A stretch of DNA of 64,000 bases from Caldisericia bacterium (GTDB taxonomy: Bacteria > Caldisericota > Caldisericia > B22-G15), in assembly GCA_030018355.1 (NCBI GenBank), contig JASEFN010000003.1:83939-147938 (forward strand), read 5' to 3'. Shown here in pieces: positions 48,210 through 59,105 of this stretch (positions are counted from its first letter, which is position 1; each line of letters starts with the position of its first letter). The notes under the pieces are model-generated. The model did not search any database. It was not told the origin of the DNA and saw only the letters and a program-made list of their open reading frames with translations. A program made the translations under genes and the position numbers.

Positions 48210-49325
48210 ATGTTTTTTGAAGTAAAAGATAGATTTGAAAATATAAGAATTTCTAAATTAAAACTTAATGATATTGAAATTGAGACACCCGTCTTTATGC
48301 CAGTTGGAACTCAAGCAACAGTTAAAACGCTCTCTTCATTTGATGTTTGGGATATTGGATATAGATTGATCCTTGTAAATTCATACCATCTTTATCTTCA
48401 GCCAGGTGAAGAGACAATAAAAAAGTTTAATGGAGTTAAAAATTTCATGAATTGGAAAGGTCTTCTTCTTTCAGATTCAGGTGGCTTTCAAGTTCTATCT
48501 CTTTCAGATATTAGAGAGATAAAAGAAGACGGAGTTGTTTTTAAATCTTTTATTGATGGTTCACTCCACTTTTTTTCTCCTGAATTTACAGTAAAATTTC
48601 AAGAAACACTTGGTGTTGATATAATGATGACTCTTGATATTTGTCCTCCATATGGAATTAGCGAAGAGGAGTTAAAAAAATTTACACATTTAAGTATAGA
48701 TTGGGCGAAAAGAGGAAAAAGTGTTAAAGAAGAAGGAAAAGGACAACTTTTTGCTGTTATTCAGGGTGGATTAAATTTAAATTTAAGACTTAAAGCACTA
48801 GAGGAGTTAGAAAAAGAGAATTTTCCAGGTTATGGGATTGGTGGACTTTCAATAGGAGAACCATGGAGCAAAACAAAAGAGTTTTTATTGAAGTTTGTGC
48901 CACAGATGCCTCAAGATAAACCAAGATATTTTATGGGACTAGGAGATCCAATAAGTATAATGGATGCAGTTGAAGCAGGAGTTGATATGTTTGATTGTGT
49001 CTACCCCACAAGAATTGCAAGAAATAGAACTCTTTTAACTAAATATGGAAAGTTAAGAATTACAAAGAGTGAATATAAAATGGATGAAAGACCAATAGAA
49101 GAAGATTGTGACTGTTTTACATGTAGGAATTTTAGTAGAGCATATTTACATCATCTTTTTAAAGCAAAAGAAATCCTTGCCCCTCGTCTTGCAACAATTC
49201 ACAATTTAAGATTTATGTATAATTTTATGGAAAAATTAAGAAACTCAATTAAAAACAGAAAATATTTTGATTTTAGAAAAGAATTTGAAACTGACTTTTT
49301 AACAAATTTTAAAAGAGATGAATAA
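48210..49325 (+). CDS. tgt: Queuine tRNA-ribosyltransferase.
   Basis: LLSDSGGFQ catalytic motif and the zinc site CDCFTC...H. Confidence 0.9.
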   Translation: MFFEVKDRFENIRISKLKLNDIEIETPVFMPVGTQATVKTLSSFDVWDIGYRLILVNSYHLYLQPGEETIKKFNGVKNFMNWKGLLLSDSGGFQVLSLSDIREIKEDGVVFKSFIDGSLHFFSPEFTVKFQETLGVDIMMTLDICPPYGISEEELKKFTHLSIDWAKRGKSVKEEGKGQLFAVIQGGLNLNLRLKALEELEKENFPGYGIGGLSIGEPWSKTKEFLLKFVPQMPQDKPRYFMGLGDPISIMDAVEAGVDMFDCVYPTRIARNRTLLTKYGKLRITKSEYKMDERPIEEDCDCFTCRNFSRAYLHHLFKAKEILAPRLATIHNLRFMYNFMEKLRNSIKNRKYFDFRKEFETDFLTNFKRDE

Positions 49326-49352
49326 AAAATTAAATAAAGGAGGAATAAAATA

Positions 49353-50177
49353 ATGGCCAATGAAATTAGAAAGGTTAAAACATTTATAATTTTCTTACTA
49401 ACCATAAGTTATATACTTGGTTTTTTAGTATATTTTTTAAAAAACTATTTTGTGCTTTCTCAGACCTTCTTTACAATTTTTTCAATAGTTTATATGTATT
49501 TACCATTTTTTACAGTTGTTTTAGTTGAAAAATACATTTATAAAGGGAGTTTAAAAGGACTTGGTTTTTATTTAAAATGGGACAAATATATTTTTCTATC
49601 GATTTTTATCCCCATAATTTTAACCTATCTCTCTAATTTTCTAAGTTTGATTTTTAAAGATATAACTATTAATTATGAGTATTTTAAGCCATATTTTTTA
49701 ATTCTATTGACATTACAAGTTATAATTGTTGGTTCTACAATAAATGCACTTGTTGCTCTTGGAGAGGAAGTTGGATGGAGAGGTTATCTTGTGAATAATT
49801 TAATTCATAAAGGATTTTTTAAAGCATCTATATTTATTGGCTTTATTTGGGGAATCTGGCATACGCCCCTTATTTTAATGGGATTAAATTATCCTGAATC
49901 AAAATTTTTTGGAATCTTTATGATGGTGTTATTTACAATTCTTTTATCTCCAATAATGATTTATATAACAATTAAATCTAAATCAATAATAAATGCTTCA
50001 ATTTTTCATGGAGTTATGAATTCAATAGGTGGACTTCATTTAATTTTACTTAAAGGTGGAACAGATTTAACAAAAGGAATAATAGGATTTCCAGGCCTTA
50101 TTATTTTGCTTTTTCTAAATATAATCTTTTTGCCAAAATTTTTAGAATTTGAGAGAGAACTTAAAAGTTGCTCTTGA
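49353..50177 (+). CDS. CPBP-family (CAAX/Abi) intramembrane metalloprotease.
   Basis: EEVGWRGYL and WGIWH motifs, multi-TM. Confidence 0.8.
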   Translation: MANEIRKVKTFIIFLLTISYILGFLVYFLKNYFVLSQTFFTIFSIVYMYLPFFTVVLVEKYIYKGSLKGLGFYLKWDKYIFLSIFIPIILTYLSNFLSLIFKDITINYEYFKPYFLILLTLQVIIVGSTINALVALGEEVGWRGYLVNNLIHKGFFKASIFIGFIWGIWHTPLILMGLNYPESKFFGIFMMVLFTILLSPIMIYITIKSKSIINASIFHGVMNSIGGLHLILLKGGTDLTKGIIGFPGLIILLFLNIIFLPKFLEFERELKSCS

Positions 50178-50205
50178 CAATCTCATAAAATTTTATATGA
50201 TATTT
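50173..50205 (+). promoter_or_regulatory. Putative promoter.
   Basis: TTGACA then a TATATGATAT-type -10 upstream of the 50235 gene. Confidence 0.3.
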
Positions 50206-50234
50206 TAGACTTTGAATTTTATGGAGGTTTACAT

Positions 50235-52169
50235 ATGAATGAAAAAGATAAACCACGAAGTAGTAAGAACGGAAAGGTAACAAAAAAAGAACTTTTTGGA
50301 AAAATAGAGAGTTTAGATGAGTATATAAAAAGTCATACAAGCAAAGTTAAAATGTCTCCTTTTCTTTTATCAAGTGATATTGAAGAAAAGGAGATAAGAG
50401 ATCTAATTAAAAAAGAGATTGATTATTTAATAGAAATTTTAAAACCAAAAGAAAATGATAGAATTCTTGATCTTATATCAAGCCACGGAGAATACTCATT
50501 AGAACTTGCAAGAAGAGGATTTATAAATGTAGAAGGGCTTGATAGATCAAGTAACTTAATTCAAAAATCAAAACTTAGAGCAAAAAAAGAGAACTTACCT
50601 GTTAAGTTTAGAGAAGGGACTCCAAGAAAACTTTTTTATCCACCTAATAGTTTTGATGTTGTTTTGCTAATTGGTAATGTCTTTGGTTTTTTTGAGACAC
50701 CACTTGATGCTTTTAATGTTTTAAAAGAGATCTTTAGAGTGTTAAAAAAGGGTGGAAAAATATTTATAGATATAATAGATAGTGAATATGAAAAGAAAAA
50801 CATTGTTCCATATTACTGGCAGTGGCTGGATAAAAATCATTATGTTTTAAGAGAAAATAAATTATCTTTAAATGAAGATAGTTTAATAATTAGAGAGATT
50901 GTGAGTCATATTCAAAAAGGAGTAATAAAAGATAGTTTCTTTTCATTGAGATTATATACAAAAGATGAAATTCTAAATCTACTTAAAAGAGCAGGTTTTT
51001 CTGATATTCAAATATTTGATCACTCAATTGATATAAATATTCCAATATCAAATTTCCAAATTGGAGAAAAACATATCTCTTTTGTTGCTACAGTATATAA
51101 AGAAATAAAAGAAGAAGTAAAAGTTAAAAAAGTTTTAAGAAATGTTTGTGTTATATTGGGTGATCCAAAGAAAAGTGATCCACTTAAACCAAATCACATT
51201 TTTGATGAGGATGATTTAAGAGCAATAGAAAAGTTAAAAGAAACTTTAAAAACATTTAAAAATTATAAATTCATCTATTTAGATAATCATGATCATCTTG
51301 CTGAAGAACTAATGGGGTTAAAAGGTAAAGTGGATTATGTTTTAAATTTATGTGATGAAGGTTATTTTAATGATCCTACAAAAGAGATGCATATTCCTGC
51401 AATTCTAGATGTTTTAAATATTCCATATACTGGTGCAACTCCACAATCACTTGCACATGCATATGATAAATCTCTTGTAAGAGGAATTGCAAGAGAAATG
51501 GGTATTCCTGTCCCAGATGCTTTTCTTGTAAAGCCAGGTGAAAATGTTTATGAATTACCAATAAATTTTCCTATTATAGTTAAACCTAATTTTGGGGATT
51601 CAAGTTTTGGTATAACTCAAAAAAATGTCTGTTTTGATTATGAAAGTTTAATAAAAGTTATAAGAGATCTAAGAGATCTTTTTGGTTATGAAAAACCAAT
51701 ACTTATTGAAGAATTTTTAACAGGTAAGGAATTAAGTTTAGGAATAATTGGTAATCCACCAAGATATCCATTTAAACTTTTACCTCTTGCTGAACTTGAT
51801 TACTCATCTTTACCTGAAGATTTGCCTAAGATATGTGGTTATGAAGCAAAGTGGTTACCTAATTCTCCTTATGGGAAAATAAAATTTATTAAAGCAACAG
51901 TTTCTGAAGAAGTTGAAAGAGATTTAATTGATTGGAGTATTAGACTCTTTGAAAGATTAGAATGCAGAGATTATGCAAGATTTGATTTTAGATTAAATTC
52001 AAGTGGATTTCCAAAACTTCTAGAGGTAAATCCAAATCCAGGATGGCACTATGATGGTTTTTTAGCAGAGATTGCAAGAATTCAAAATATTGATTATAAA
52101 ACACTTCTTGAATTAATATTAAAATCAACTGAAATTAGATTGGGATTAATACCAGCAGAAGAGTTTTAA
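50235..52169 (+). CDS. Fusion protein: N-terminal class I SAM-dependent methyltransferase and C-terminal ATP-grasp ligase (D-Ala-D-Ala ligase-like).
   Basis: The N-terminal half has an MTase fold (ILDLISSHGEYSLELARRGF...VVLLIGNVFGFF). The C-terminal half has DHLAEELMGLKGKVDYVLNL (pre-ATP-grasp) and IVKPNFGDSSFGIT...EEFLTGKELSLGIIGN (ATP-grasp). Confidence 0.65.
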   Translation: MNEKDKPRSSKNGKVTKKELFGKIESLDEYIKSHTSKVKMSPFLLSSDIEEKEIRDLIKKEIDYLIEILKPKENDRILDLISSHGEYSLELARRGFINVEGLDRSSNLIQKSKLRAKKENLPVKFREGTPRKLFYPPNSFDVVLLIGNVFGFFETPLDAFNVLKEIFRVLKKGGKIFIDIIDSEYEKKNIVPYYWQWLDKNHYVLRENKLSLNEDSLIIREIVSHIQKGVIKDSFFSLRLYTKDEILNLLKRAGFSDIQIFDHSIDINIPISNFQIGEKHISFVATVYKEIKEEVKVKKVLRNVCVILGDPKKSDPLKPNHIFDEDDLRAIEKLKETLKTFKNYKFIYLDNHDHLAEELMGLKGKVDYVLNLCDEGYFNDPTKEMHIPAILDVLNIPYTGATPQSLAHAYDKSLVRGIAREMGIPVPDAFLVKPGENVYELPINFPIIVKPNFGDSSFGITQKNVCFDYESLIKVIRDLRDLFGYEKPILIEEFLTGKELSLGIIGNPPRYPFKLLPLAELDYSSLPEDLPKICGYEAKWLPNSPYGKIKFIKATVSEEVERDLIDWSIRLFERLECRDYARFDFRLNSSGFPKLLEVNPNPGWHYDGFLAEIARIQNIDYKTLLELILKSTEIRLGLIPAEEF

Positions 52170-53431
52170 TGAAAGAGGTTGTATTAAAATTAGATAAATT
52201 TGATCTTAATGGTGGTACTTTTGGTTTTTACGATAATAAAAAAGTTTTAGTTTATGGAGCACTTCCAGGAGAAGTTGTAAAAGTAAAAATTTATGGAAAG
52301 AAAAAAGATTATTTTCTTGGTGAGATTTTAGAGATAATTCAAAAATCTGATGAAAGAATAAAAGAAAAAGAGGATCATTTTATATCTTGTTCACCATGGC
52401 AAATTCTTAAAGAAGAGAGAGAAAATTTTTATAAAAAGGAGTTAATTTTAGATTTAATAAAAGAGAATAATTTAGATATTAAAGATTTCGATATAAAAGA
52501 TAAAAATATTTTTTATAAATATAGAAATAAACTTGAATTCAGTTTTTTAGATGAAGAATTAGAATTTGCCTTTTTTAAAAGAGGAACACATAAAAAGAAA
52601 GTTAAAATAGATGGATGTATTTTAGGCTATGATTCAATAAATTATGTTGCAAAGGAAATTTTAAATCAATTAAAAGAAAAGAATATACCACCTAAAATTT
52701 TAAAAAGTTTAATTTTAAGAGGAAATAGAGAGAAAGAAGTTATTGCTTCTCTTTTCATAAAAGAGAAGGTGAAAATTTTGGAAAATCCTTTAAATATTCA
52801 AAATCTTAAAGGATTTTCTTTATTTTATTCATCACCACTTTCTCCTGCATCTATTAAAACTGAGACTCTTTTTGAAAATGGTGAAAATTTTTTAAAAGAA
52901 AAAATCCTTAATAAAACTTTTTTCTTCACAACAACTTCTTTTTTTCAAGTAAATATTGATATGTTTGAAGAAGCACTTTTAGATATAAAGAATTTTGTTG
53001 ATGTAAATGATAATATATACGATATTTATAGTGGAGTTGGAACAATAGGAATTGCTCTTGATTTGAAAAATGTAAATTTTATTGAGAGCGAAAAAGAAAA
53101 TATCTTCCTTAAGAAAATGAATCTTGAAATTAATGGGATAAGAAATTTTAGATTAATTGAAAATAGAGCAGAAAATGTAATATCAACTATAGAAAGAAAT
53201 TCGGTTTTAATTTTAGACCCTCCAAGAGAGGGTCTTCATAAAAAGATATTGGAAGAATCAATAAAAAAAGATTTTAAAAGAATTATATACCTTTCATGCA
53301 ATCCAAAAACTCAACTTAGAGATTTATCTTTTCTAAAAGAAAGATATAATTTAAAATTTTTTAAAGGTTATAACTTTTTTCCCAGAACTCCGCATATAGA
53401 AACTTTGTCTATTCTTGATAGAAAAATTTAG
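52169..53431 (+). CDS. TrmA/RlmD-family RNA (uracil-5)-methyltransferase with an N-terminal TRAM-like domain.
   Basis: The C-terminal LDPPREG and SCNP motifs are typical of the m5U methyltransferase family. Confidence 0.7.
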   Translation: MKEVVLKLDKFDLNGGTFGFYDNKKVLVYGALPGEVVKVKIYGKKKDYFLGEILEIIQKSDERIKEKEDHFISCSPWQILKEERENFYKKELILDLIKENNLDIKDFDIKDKNIFYKYRNKLEFSFLDEELEFAFFKRGTHKKKVKIDGCILGYDSINYVAKEILNQLKEKNIPPKILKSLILRGNREKEVIASLFIKEKVKILENPLNIQNLKGFSLFYSSPLSPASIKTETLFENGENFLKEKILNKTFFFTTTSFFQVNIDMFEEALLDIKNFVDVNDNIYDIYSGVGTIGIALDLKNVNFIESEKENIFLKKMNLEINGIRNFRLIENRAENVISTIERNSVLILDPPREGLHKKILEESIKKDFKRIIYLSCNPKTQLRDLSFLKERYNLKFFKGYNFFPRTPHIETLSILDRKI

Positions 53432-53841
53432 TTATTCTCCTCTCTATGTTCCTTTTTTATAAGATTCCAATGATAAATATAAACTGGAATTCCAACAATT
53501 AACATAGCTATATTTCTTGTAAATGAATCTACAAGATATGGAAAATAACCAAGATGTTTTGATGTTTCTTTGTATCTTTTATATTCTTCCTCCCATTGAA
53601 GAAGGGCTTTCTTTTGTTCTTCTGTTAATTCAATTTTTTCAACGGCTTCATTTAATTTTACACTTTCAAGCCAATAAGGAATTGGTGGTAAATAAGATCC
53701 ATATCTTGCCTCAAGGGCATCTCTAAAGAATGTTAATTGTAAACCAAGATTTATTAATCCAACTGATCCAATGATAATTAAAGTTAATCCAACCATAGAG
53801 AAAAGGTATAAATAAATTTTTCTTAAAGTAAACTTACTCAT
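53428..53841 (-). CDS. Hypothetical membrane protein.
   Basis: N-terminal TM segment. No recognisable domain. Confidence 0.4.
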   Translation of the reverse strand: MSKFTLRKIYLYLFSMVGLTLIIIGSVGLINLGLQLTFFRDALEARYGSYLPPIPYWLESVKLNEAVEKIELTEEQKKALLQWEEEYKRYKETSKHLGYFPYLVDSFTRNIAMLIVGIPVYIYHWNLIKKEHREENN

Positions 53842-53930
53842 AAAACCTCCTTTTTAGTTTTTAATAATATAAACCAATAATATCAGAAAAAGTTTCAAAA
53901 TTGTATAAAATTATAAAAAGGAGGAAGAAG

Positions 53931-54503
53931 ATGGAAAAAGAATTAAAAGAGTACAATGGAATTAAACTTTCAAGTTTGAGTGAATTTAGAGAAAATTCAA
54001 TTAAAGGTCCACAGAGTGTGGATATTAAAAATTATACACTTGAAATTTATGAAGAAGGAATTTTTAAGAAAGCGTATAGATATGAAGAAGTAATAAACAA
54101 TTTTAAAGCGACAAAAAAGATAATAACGCTTTATTGTGTTGAAGGATGGGATACAACGATTTTATATGAGGGAATAAATCTTATTGATATATTAAATGAT
54201 TCAAATGTTTCTTTTAAGTATCCTGTGATAATTTTTGGTGCAGTAGATGGTTATACAACTTCACTTGAAACCTCTTTTGTTTTAAATAGCAAATTAATAA
54301 TTGCATACAAAATGAATGGGATAACTATACCAAAAGAAAACGGATTCCCATTTGTTTTAATTGGAGAGAATAAATGGGGGTATAAATGGATTAAGTGGTT
54401 AAATAGAATAGAATTATCTAATGATAAAGATTATAGAGGATATTGGGAATCGAGAGGTTATTCAAATTCAGCAAATCTTAATGAACCATTTTTTGAAAGA
54501 TAA
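53931..54503 (+). CDS. Molybdopterin-binding oxidoreductase-like domain protein (sulfite-oxidase/MsrP-fold fragment-sized).
   Basis: ITLYCVEGWDTTI resembles the Oxidored_molyb CVEGWS motif. Start placed at the MEKELKEY ATG preceded by AAAGGAGG. Confidence 0.45.
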   Translation: MEKELKEYNGIKLSSLSEFRENSIKGPQSVDIKNYTLEIYEEGIFKKAYRYEEVINNFKATKKIITLYCVEGWDTTILYEGINLIDILNDSNVSFKYPVIIFGAVDGYTTSLETSFVLNSKLIIAYKMNGITIPKENGFPFVLIGENKWGYKWIKWLNRIELSNDKDYRGYWESRGYSNSANLNEPFFER

Positions 54504-56810
54504 CCCTTTGAGTGATGTTTCAAAATTTTTTCTGGTATATTTATAACCCCATTCTTTACAAGATAAAAAATAAAAATATAAACTCTTTCTCCATTGCTTT
54601 TCTTTGCTTTCTTTACTTTTAATAACCCTACAATATTCCAAATGATAAACACCCTCCATACTATACACTTTCCAATAATTCACTTTTAACAGATATATGA
54701 CTTTCGTTCACACATTTTACATTACTAAAAACTTGTTCTATACAAATATTAGCTACTTAACAAATTTTTTTGTATTTTTGAGCCTTCTCTTTTGCTTTAA
54801 GCCTTTTAGAAGATTTAACTTTTTGCCATACAATGTCATTTGTATGCAAATTGGTTTAAAGCCAAGTTTCTCCAACTTTTCAAGTAATATACCTGACTGC
54901 TCATTTAAAAGTTTACCTTCATTATTGTGCTGATTTAAGTTTTACACCGAATATCCACAACCTGTTATCTTGTCGATAAACTAAAACAATCGGTTTGATA
55001 TTAACTTTTATCTCTTTCCCTTGTTTACTCCAAAAATAATATGTGATGTATTATACTATAAGCTTTCTATTAACTAAAACATAAGTATATAAGTATTTTT
55101 TATTTTTCTAAACCTATCCCTTTTTCTGTTAGATATTGGAATAGTCCATGTGGTCTTGCTTCTAAAAATAGTTGAATACAAAAAAATTATTCTTAATGAA
55201 GGAAATTTTAATTTCCTAATAGTTCCTTATCTCTACCAAAAAAGTTTTCTATAACTTGCTTGATGTGGTATTTTAAGAAACAAGAGAGTAATTATGTATT
55301 ATAGGAAGTTTTTTCTGCAGAATTCCTCTATAAGCTTAAATATTTGTTGTGCTTTTAAAGTTGAAAAATATGTATTTTGAATTTTTTTTATAATTTTTCA
55401 GAGTTATTATAATAACCAATATTTTGAAATTTTGTATAGATGCTATTTTCGAAGGTCAAGGATATTTTTGAAACACTTAAGTTTTAAGATTTACGCTGAG
55501 AAAGCCAATCCTTTTGGTCTGTGATGAAAGGTGGTATATATAATGAAAGTCTAATAATAAAGATCAAGTTTGGGTCTTAGATAAACTTCTAAAAACGGAC
55601 CACTTGTAGGTAATTGCCTATGAAACGGAAAATTTTATTGAAAGAGGAAAAGTTCATCTCTTAAGATGTTAGGGAAGTTACTTTATACATTAATAATATG
55701 CTCTTTTAATTTCAGTTAATAAAATTTTAAACATTATATAACCTCTTCTATTTTTTAAAAAAGATCAATTTCTTTGTTTTATTTGAATATTTTTTATAAA
55801 TGTTCAAGATTTGTAATTCTAAATATATAAAATCAGAATCGCTTTTAATTTTTGAAACACATATAAGACTTTCAAACTTAAAAATATCTATAATATTTTA
55901 TATATTTCTTTTAAGTTCGTTTTTTTATATTTGCTATTAAGATAACAGGATAACCTAATTTACGCTTTAACTATTTCTCCTTTCAAAGAACTGATTTTTC
56001 CTTTAAAGTAATTACCTTTAATATTTTTAACAATCAATGTAATTAATAAAAAATATTTGTCAATATTCTACGTAGTAATGTACTCACCTTTGAAAAAAGT
56101 AGAGAAAGTTTATGTTTTGCTTTTTTTAGAATTTTCTTTCAACTATTAAATAATTTTCCCATTTTTTATAACAAAATATACTTCTATCCTATTTCTAGTT
56201 CTTTTTCTGAAATAGTATTTATATAATTTGATGTTATTCTGTGAGAGTATTTGATTAAATATTATTTCACCTTTATCAGCTTCTAGAAAATAAAGTAAAC
56301 TTGCATTTTTTAAAAATAAAAAACTAGCCAATAAAAGTAATTAAAATTTTTTATTTTGTATTCTTTGAGTTCCTTTATCTGTTATATTGTAAGATTGTCA
56401 ATCTCTGTTTTTAATAAAAATTACTCTGTTATTACAAAAATTTGTAAACTTTACATTTCATATAGTTTATATAAAACTTGCACATTTCAAATCTTCACAG
56501 ATACTATTCAAACTTCTCGTAAAATAAAACTAAAAATTAACAAGATTCAAATACTACAATAAAATAAATTTTTTATTAAAAATAAAATTTCTAAATATTA
56601 ACACATACTTCAATTTTTACATCAATTTACCTGATAAAATGTCTTAATAAGGATAAATCATGATTTACCTATATAATTTTTCAATCATAAATAAATTATT
56701 AAAAAATTTTTGTAAAAATCTCTTTTCGTTAATTTTGGAAATGTAATAAGAAATATAAATCCATTTTGAAAAACTTAACAAACTACTGTACTATTGACAC
56801 ATTTTTACCC

Positions 56811-57671
56811 CTAAATCTTAAATATTCCATATCCTAACGATGTTTTCGCTCCAATACCAAACTTTTCTAATGCTTCCTTTAATAACACTTCTGACTTTTG
56901 GAGTAAAGAATTGTCCTGTGAAATTAAATAGAATCGAAAAGTTGTTTTCTCAACAGTCAAAAATTCTACAGGTTTTGGATTTTGCCAATCTGCCGGAGGT
57001 TGCTTTCCAGAATAATAATCAGGATAATGGGGGTTCATTATATCAATCTTCAAATTTATATCACTTACCGGATAAGCATCTATAAAATATACCTTCCCTT
57101 GATGCTTTTGAGTGCCGAAGATTTTAATCAACTCTCCAAATTTTATATTACCAATTTCCAAATCCAACTCGTTTCCTTTTTCAAGATCACTCGAAATTTG
57201 CTCCACAGCATCTTCAAAACTTTTATTATCTTTATTCATCTTCTGTTCTGCAAACTTCAACACCGCCCAATGCTTTGTTACTCCTTTGACCGCACTTCCC
57301 GGAATATACGGAATCCCATAAATATGATGCAAAGTCATCGATGTTTCCTGGGGATGTACTCCTCCAAGCCCAATTATAAGATGCCAAGGACATATGCTTT
57401 GAAAATTCTTAACATTAAAACCATTATTTTTTAAAAGATTAATCAAATTTTCTCTTCTCTTCTGAATGTTTTCTAAAAAATTTCTTTCCCATTTGAATTT
57501 CTCAATTTCCTTATTAATCACTATCCTTTCAGGCAAGATCTCCCCAAGAACAATTGGTGAGTTAAATAGAAAATAAAAATTATTATCAGGTCCAATGCTT
57601 TGAGCTGAAAGTATACTAAAGGTATCTCGAGGAAAATACTTATTTTTTGATACATGAAACCTAATACTCAT
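56811..57671 (-). CDS. cmr6: Type III-B CRISPR RAMP protein Cmr6.
   Basis: GLGGVHPQETSMTLHHIYGIPYIPGSAVKG, the Cmr6 G-rich loop / PYIPGSS(L/V)KG signature. Confidence 0.85.
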   Translation of the reverse strand: MSIRFHVSKNKYFPRDTFSILSAQSIGPDNNFYFLFNSPIVLGEILPERIVINKEIEKFKWERNFLENIQKRRENLINLLKNNGFNVKNFQSICPWHLIIGLGGVHPQETSMTLHHIYGIPYIPGSAVKGVTKHWAVLKFAEQKMNKDNKSFEDAVEQISSDLEKGNELDLEIGNIKFGELIKIFGTQKHQGKVYFIDAYPVSDINLKIDIMNPHYPDYYSGKQPPADWQNPKPVEFLTVEKTTFRFYLISQDNSLLQKSEVLLKEALEKFGIGAKTSLGYGIFKI

Positions 57672-58096
57672 TCTTCACTCTCCTCCTCTGTTTCAATCAA
57701 ACCCTCTGCAAACCTCTTCACCCAATTTAAAAATGCAAGTATCTCCTCTGTGACATATCGATAATTTTGAGAATCAAGCGAAATAACCCATTCTACTAAC
57801 TCAATGTTATCTGGCATCTTTATTCTTGCTGTTGAATCACTTCTAAGATAATCCATCATTTGCGAATATAAAAGTTCATAAGCATTTCCATTTTTTGCTT
57901 TCGACTTAACAAATGCAAGGGTTTGCCCAAGTCCATTGGAAAGAATCATCTGAGGAATTTTTCTTGAGTAAGCACGGTAATTCTTGAGTAATTCTTTATT
58001 AGAAGAATTTTCATCAACCACTTCCTTTACACACCTATACGCAAACTCTGCTCTCCCCTTTTCAAGTTTTGTAATTAAACTCTCTCTATCAGGCAT
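57668..58096 (-). CDS. cmr5: Type III-B small subunit Cmr5.
   Basis: 142 aa and alpha-helical, positioned between cmr4 and cmr6. Confidence 0.7.
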   Translation of the reverse strand: MPDRESLITKLEKGRAEFAYRCVKEVVDENSSNKELLKNYRAYSRKIPQMILSNGLGQTLAFVKSKAKNGNAYELLYSQMMDYLRSDSTARIKMPDNIELVEWVISLDSQNYRYVTEEILAFLNWVKRFAEGLIETEEESEE

Positions 58097-58118
58097 AACT
58101 AACCTCCTTTGTTAATTT

Positions 58119-59105
58119 TCAAAGGATTTTTAACCTTACAAAACCCTTTCCAATTGTTTGATTGCCCCCTATCTGAACTATCTCTGGAAGCCCATCTTTA
58201 AAAAACTTAGCAACAAGTTCTGCCTCTTCCTGTGGAGTAACAGATTTAAATATCCCTTTTTGCTCATCACTTTTTACTTTTGGCTCTGTAAACATCACGA
58301 GAGAATATAAGATTGTATCTTGAGGCAAATATTCTTCTGTCCATAGCGCCCCTGACGCAACAGTGCCAGTTTTATCGTCAATTCTCGTCCTCGTAATTAC
58401 CTCAGTAGAGGTCTTTACAAATTGCTTAAAATCATCATCACTTAAAATAACAAGATCACTTTTTAACTTCTCCCTCCAATAGTTATAAGCATTATCACTA
58501 GGGAAAATTCGATTTGCGAACCATTCAGCAATTCCAGAGGTTATATCATTTTCGTTTACTTCAAAAGTGAATTCTTCAAGTATAATTTTTGACTCAATTG
58601 CAAGATTTGATTGTCTTGGTGTAGTGTTTTGAAGTGTGTAAAAGTTTCCAAAATTGCTAGAGTTTATACCAGCCATCTTGATTTCCTTACTAAATCTTTC
58701 AAGAACCATCGGACAAGTTATCCAAGCAAAAATACCCTTCAACGATTTAACAGGAAATAAAAGAATTCTCGCATCCGTAAAAGTAATAGCGCTTGCATGC
58801 TCATCACTATCTTCTGGTCCAAAAACAAGTGATAAATAGTCTTTGTTAAGTTCTGTTTCAGCATTGTCTTTAATGTATTTTATTTTGTCTTTGGGTCTAA
58901 TTTTTTTAGCATTTAATTCAATTTCTTTATTCGCAATTCCAAACGCCTCTTTTATACAGCCCTTTAGTCCTGAAGCTTCAATCTTGGGAAAATCCGTATG
59001 CCTTTCCCTTTGAATGGGAAGATCCACAAGCCCCAATTCACTCCCACTTCCAGCATGAACAGGAGTTTCTGCAATTATGAACAATGACTGTACTTTTTTA
59101 AACAT
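58119..59105 (-). CDS. cmr4: Type III-B backbone RAMP Cmr4.
   Basis: N-terminal FIIAETPVHAGSGSELGLVDLPIQRE, the Cmr4 (Cas7-group) signature with the catalytic Asp region. Confidence 0.85.
   Translation of the reverse strand: MFKKVQSLFIIAETPVHAGSGSELGLVDLPIQRERHTDFPKIEASGLKGCIKEAFGIANKEIELNAKKIRPKDKIKYIKDNAETELNKDYLSLVFGPEDSDEHASAITFTDARILLFPVKSLKGIFAWITCPMVLERFSKEIKMAGINSSNFGNFYTLQNTTPRQSNLAIESKIILEEFTFEVNENDITSGIAEWFANRIFPSDNAYNYWREKLKSDLVILSDDDFKQFVKTSTEVITRTRIDDKTGTVASGALWTEEYLPQDTILYSLVMFTEPKVKSDEQKGIFKSVTPQEEAELVAKFFKDGLPEIVQIGGNQTIGKGFVRLKIL

Noticed and set aside
54504-56810. Possible CRISPR array downstream of the cmr operon.
   Set aside because: I read through the region looking for periodic 28-40-nt direct repeats. 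I found only isolated 10-13-nt coincidental matches, with no regular repeat-spacer periodicity. It was not called as CRISPR, though only a computational scan can fully exclude a degenerate array.
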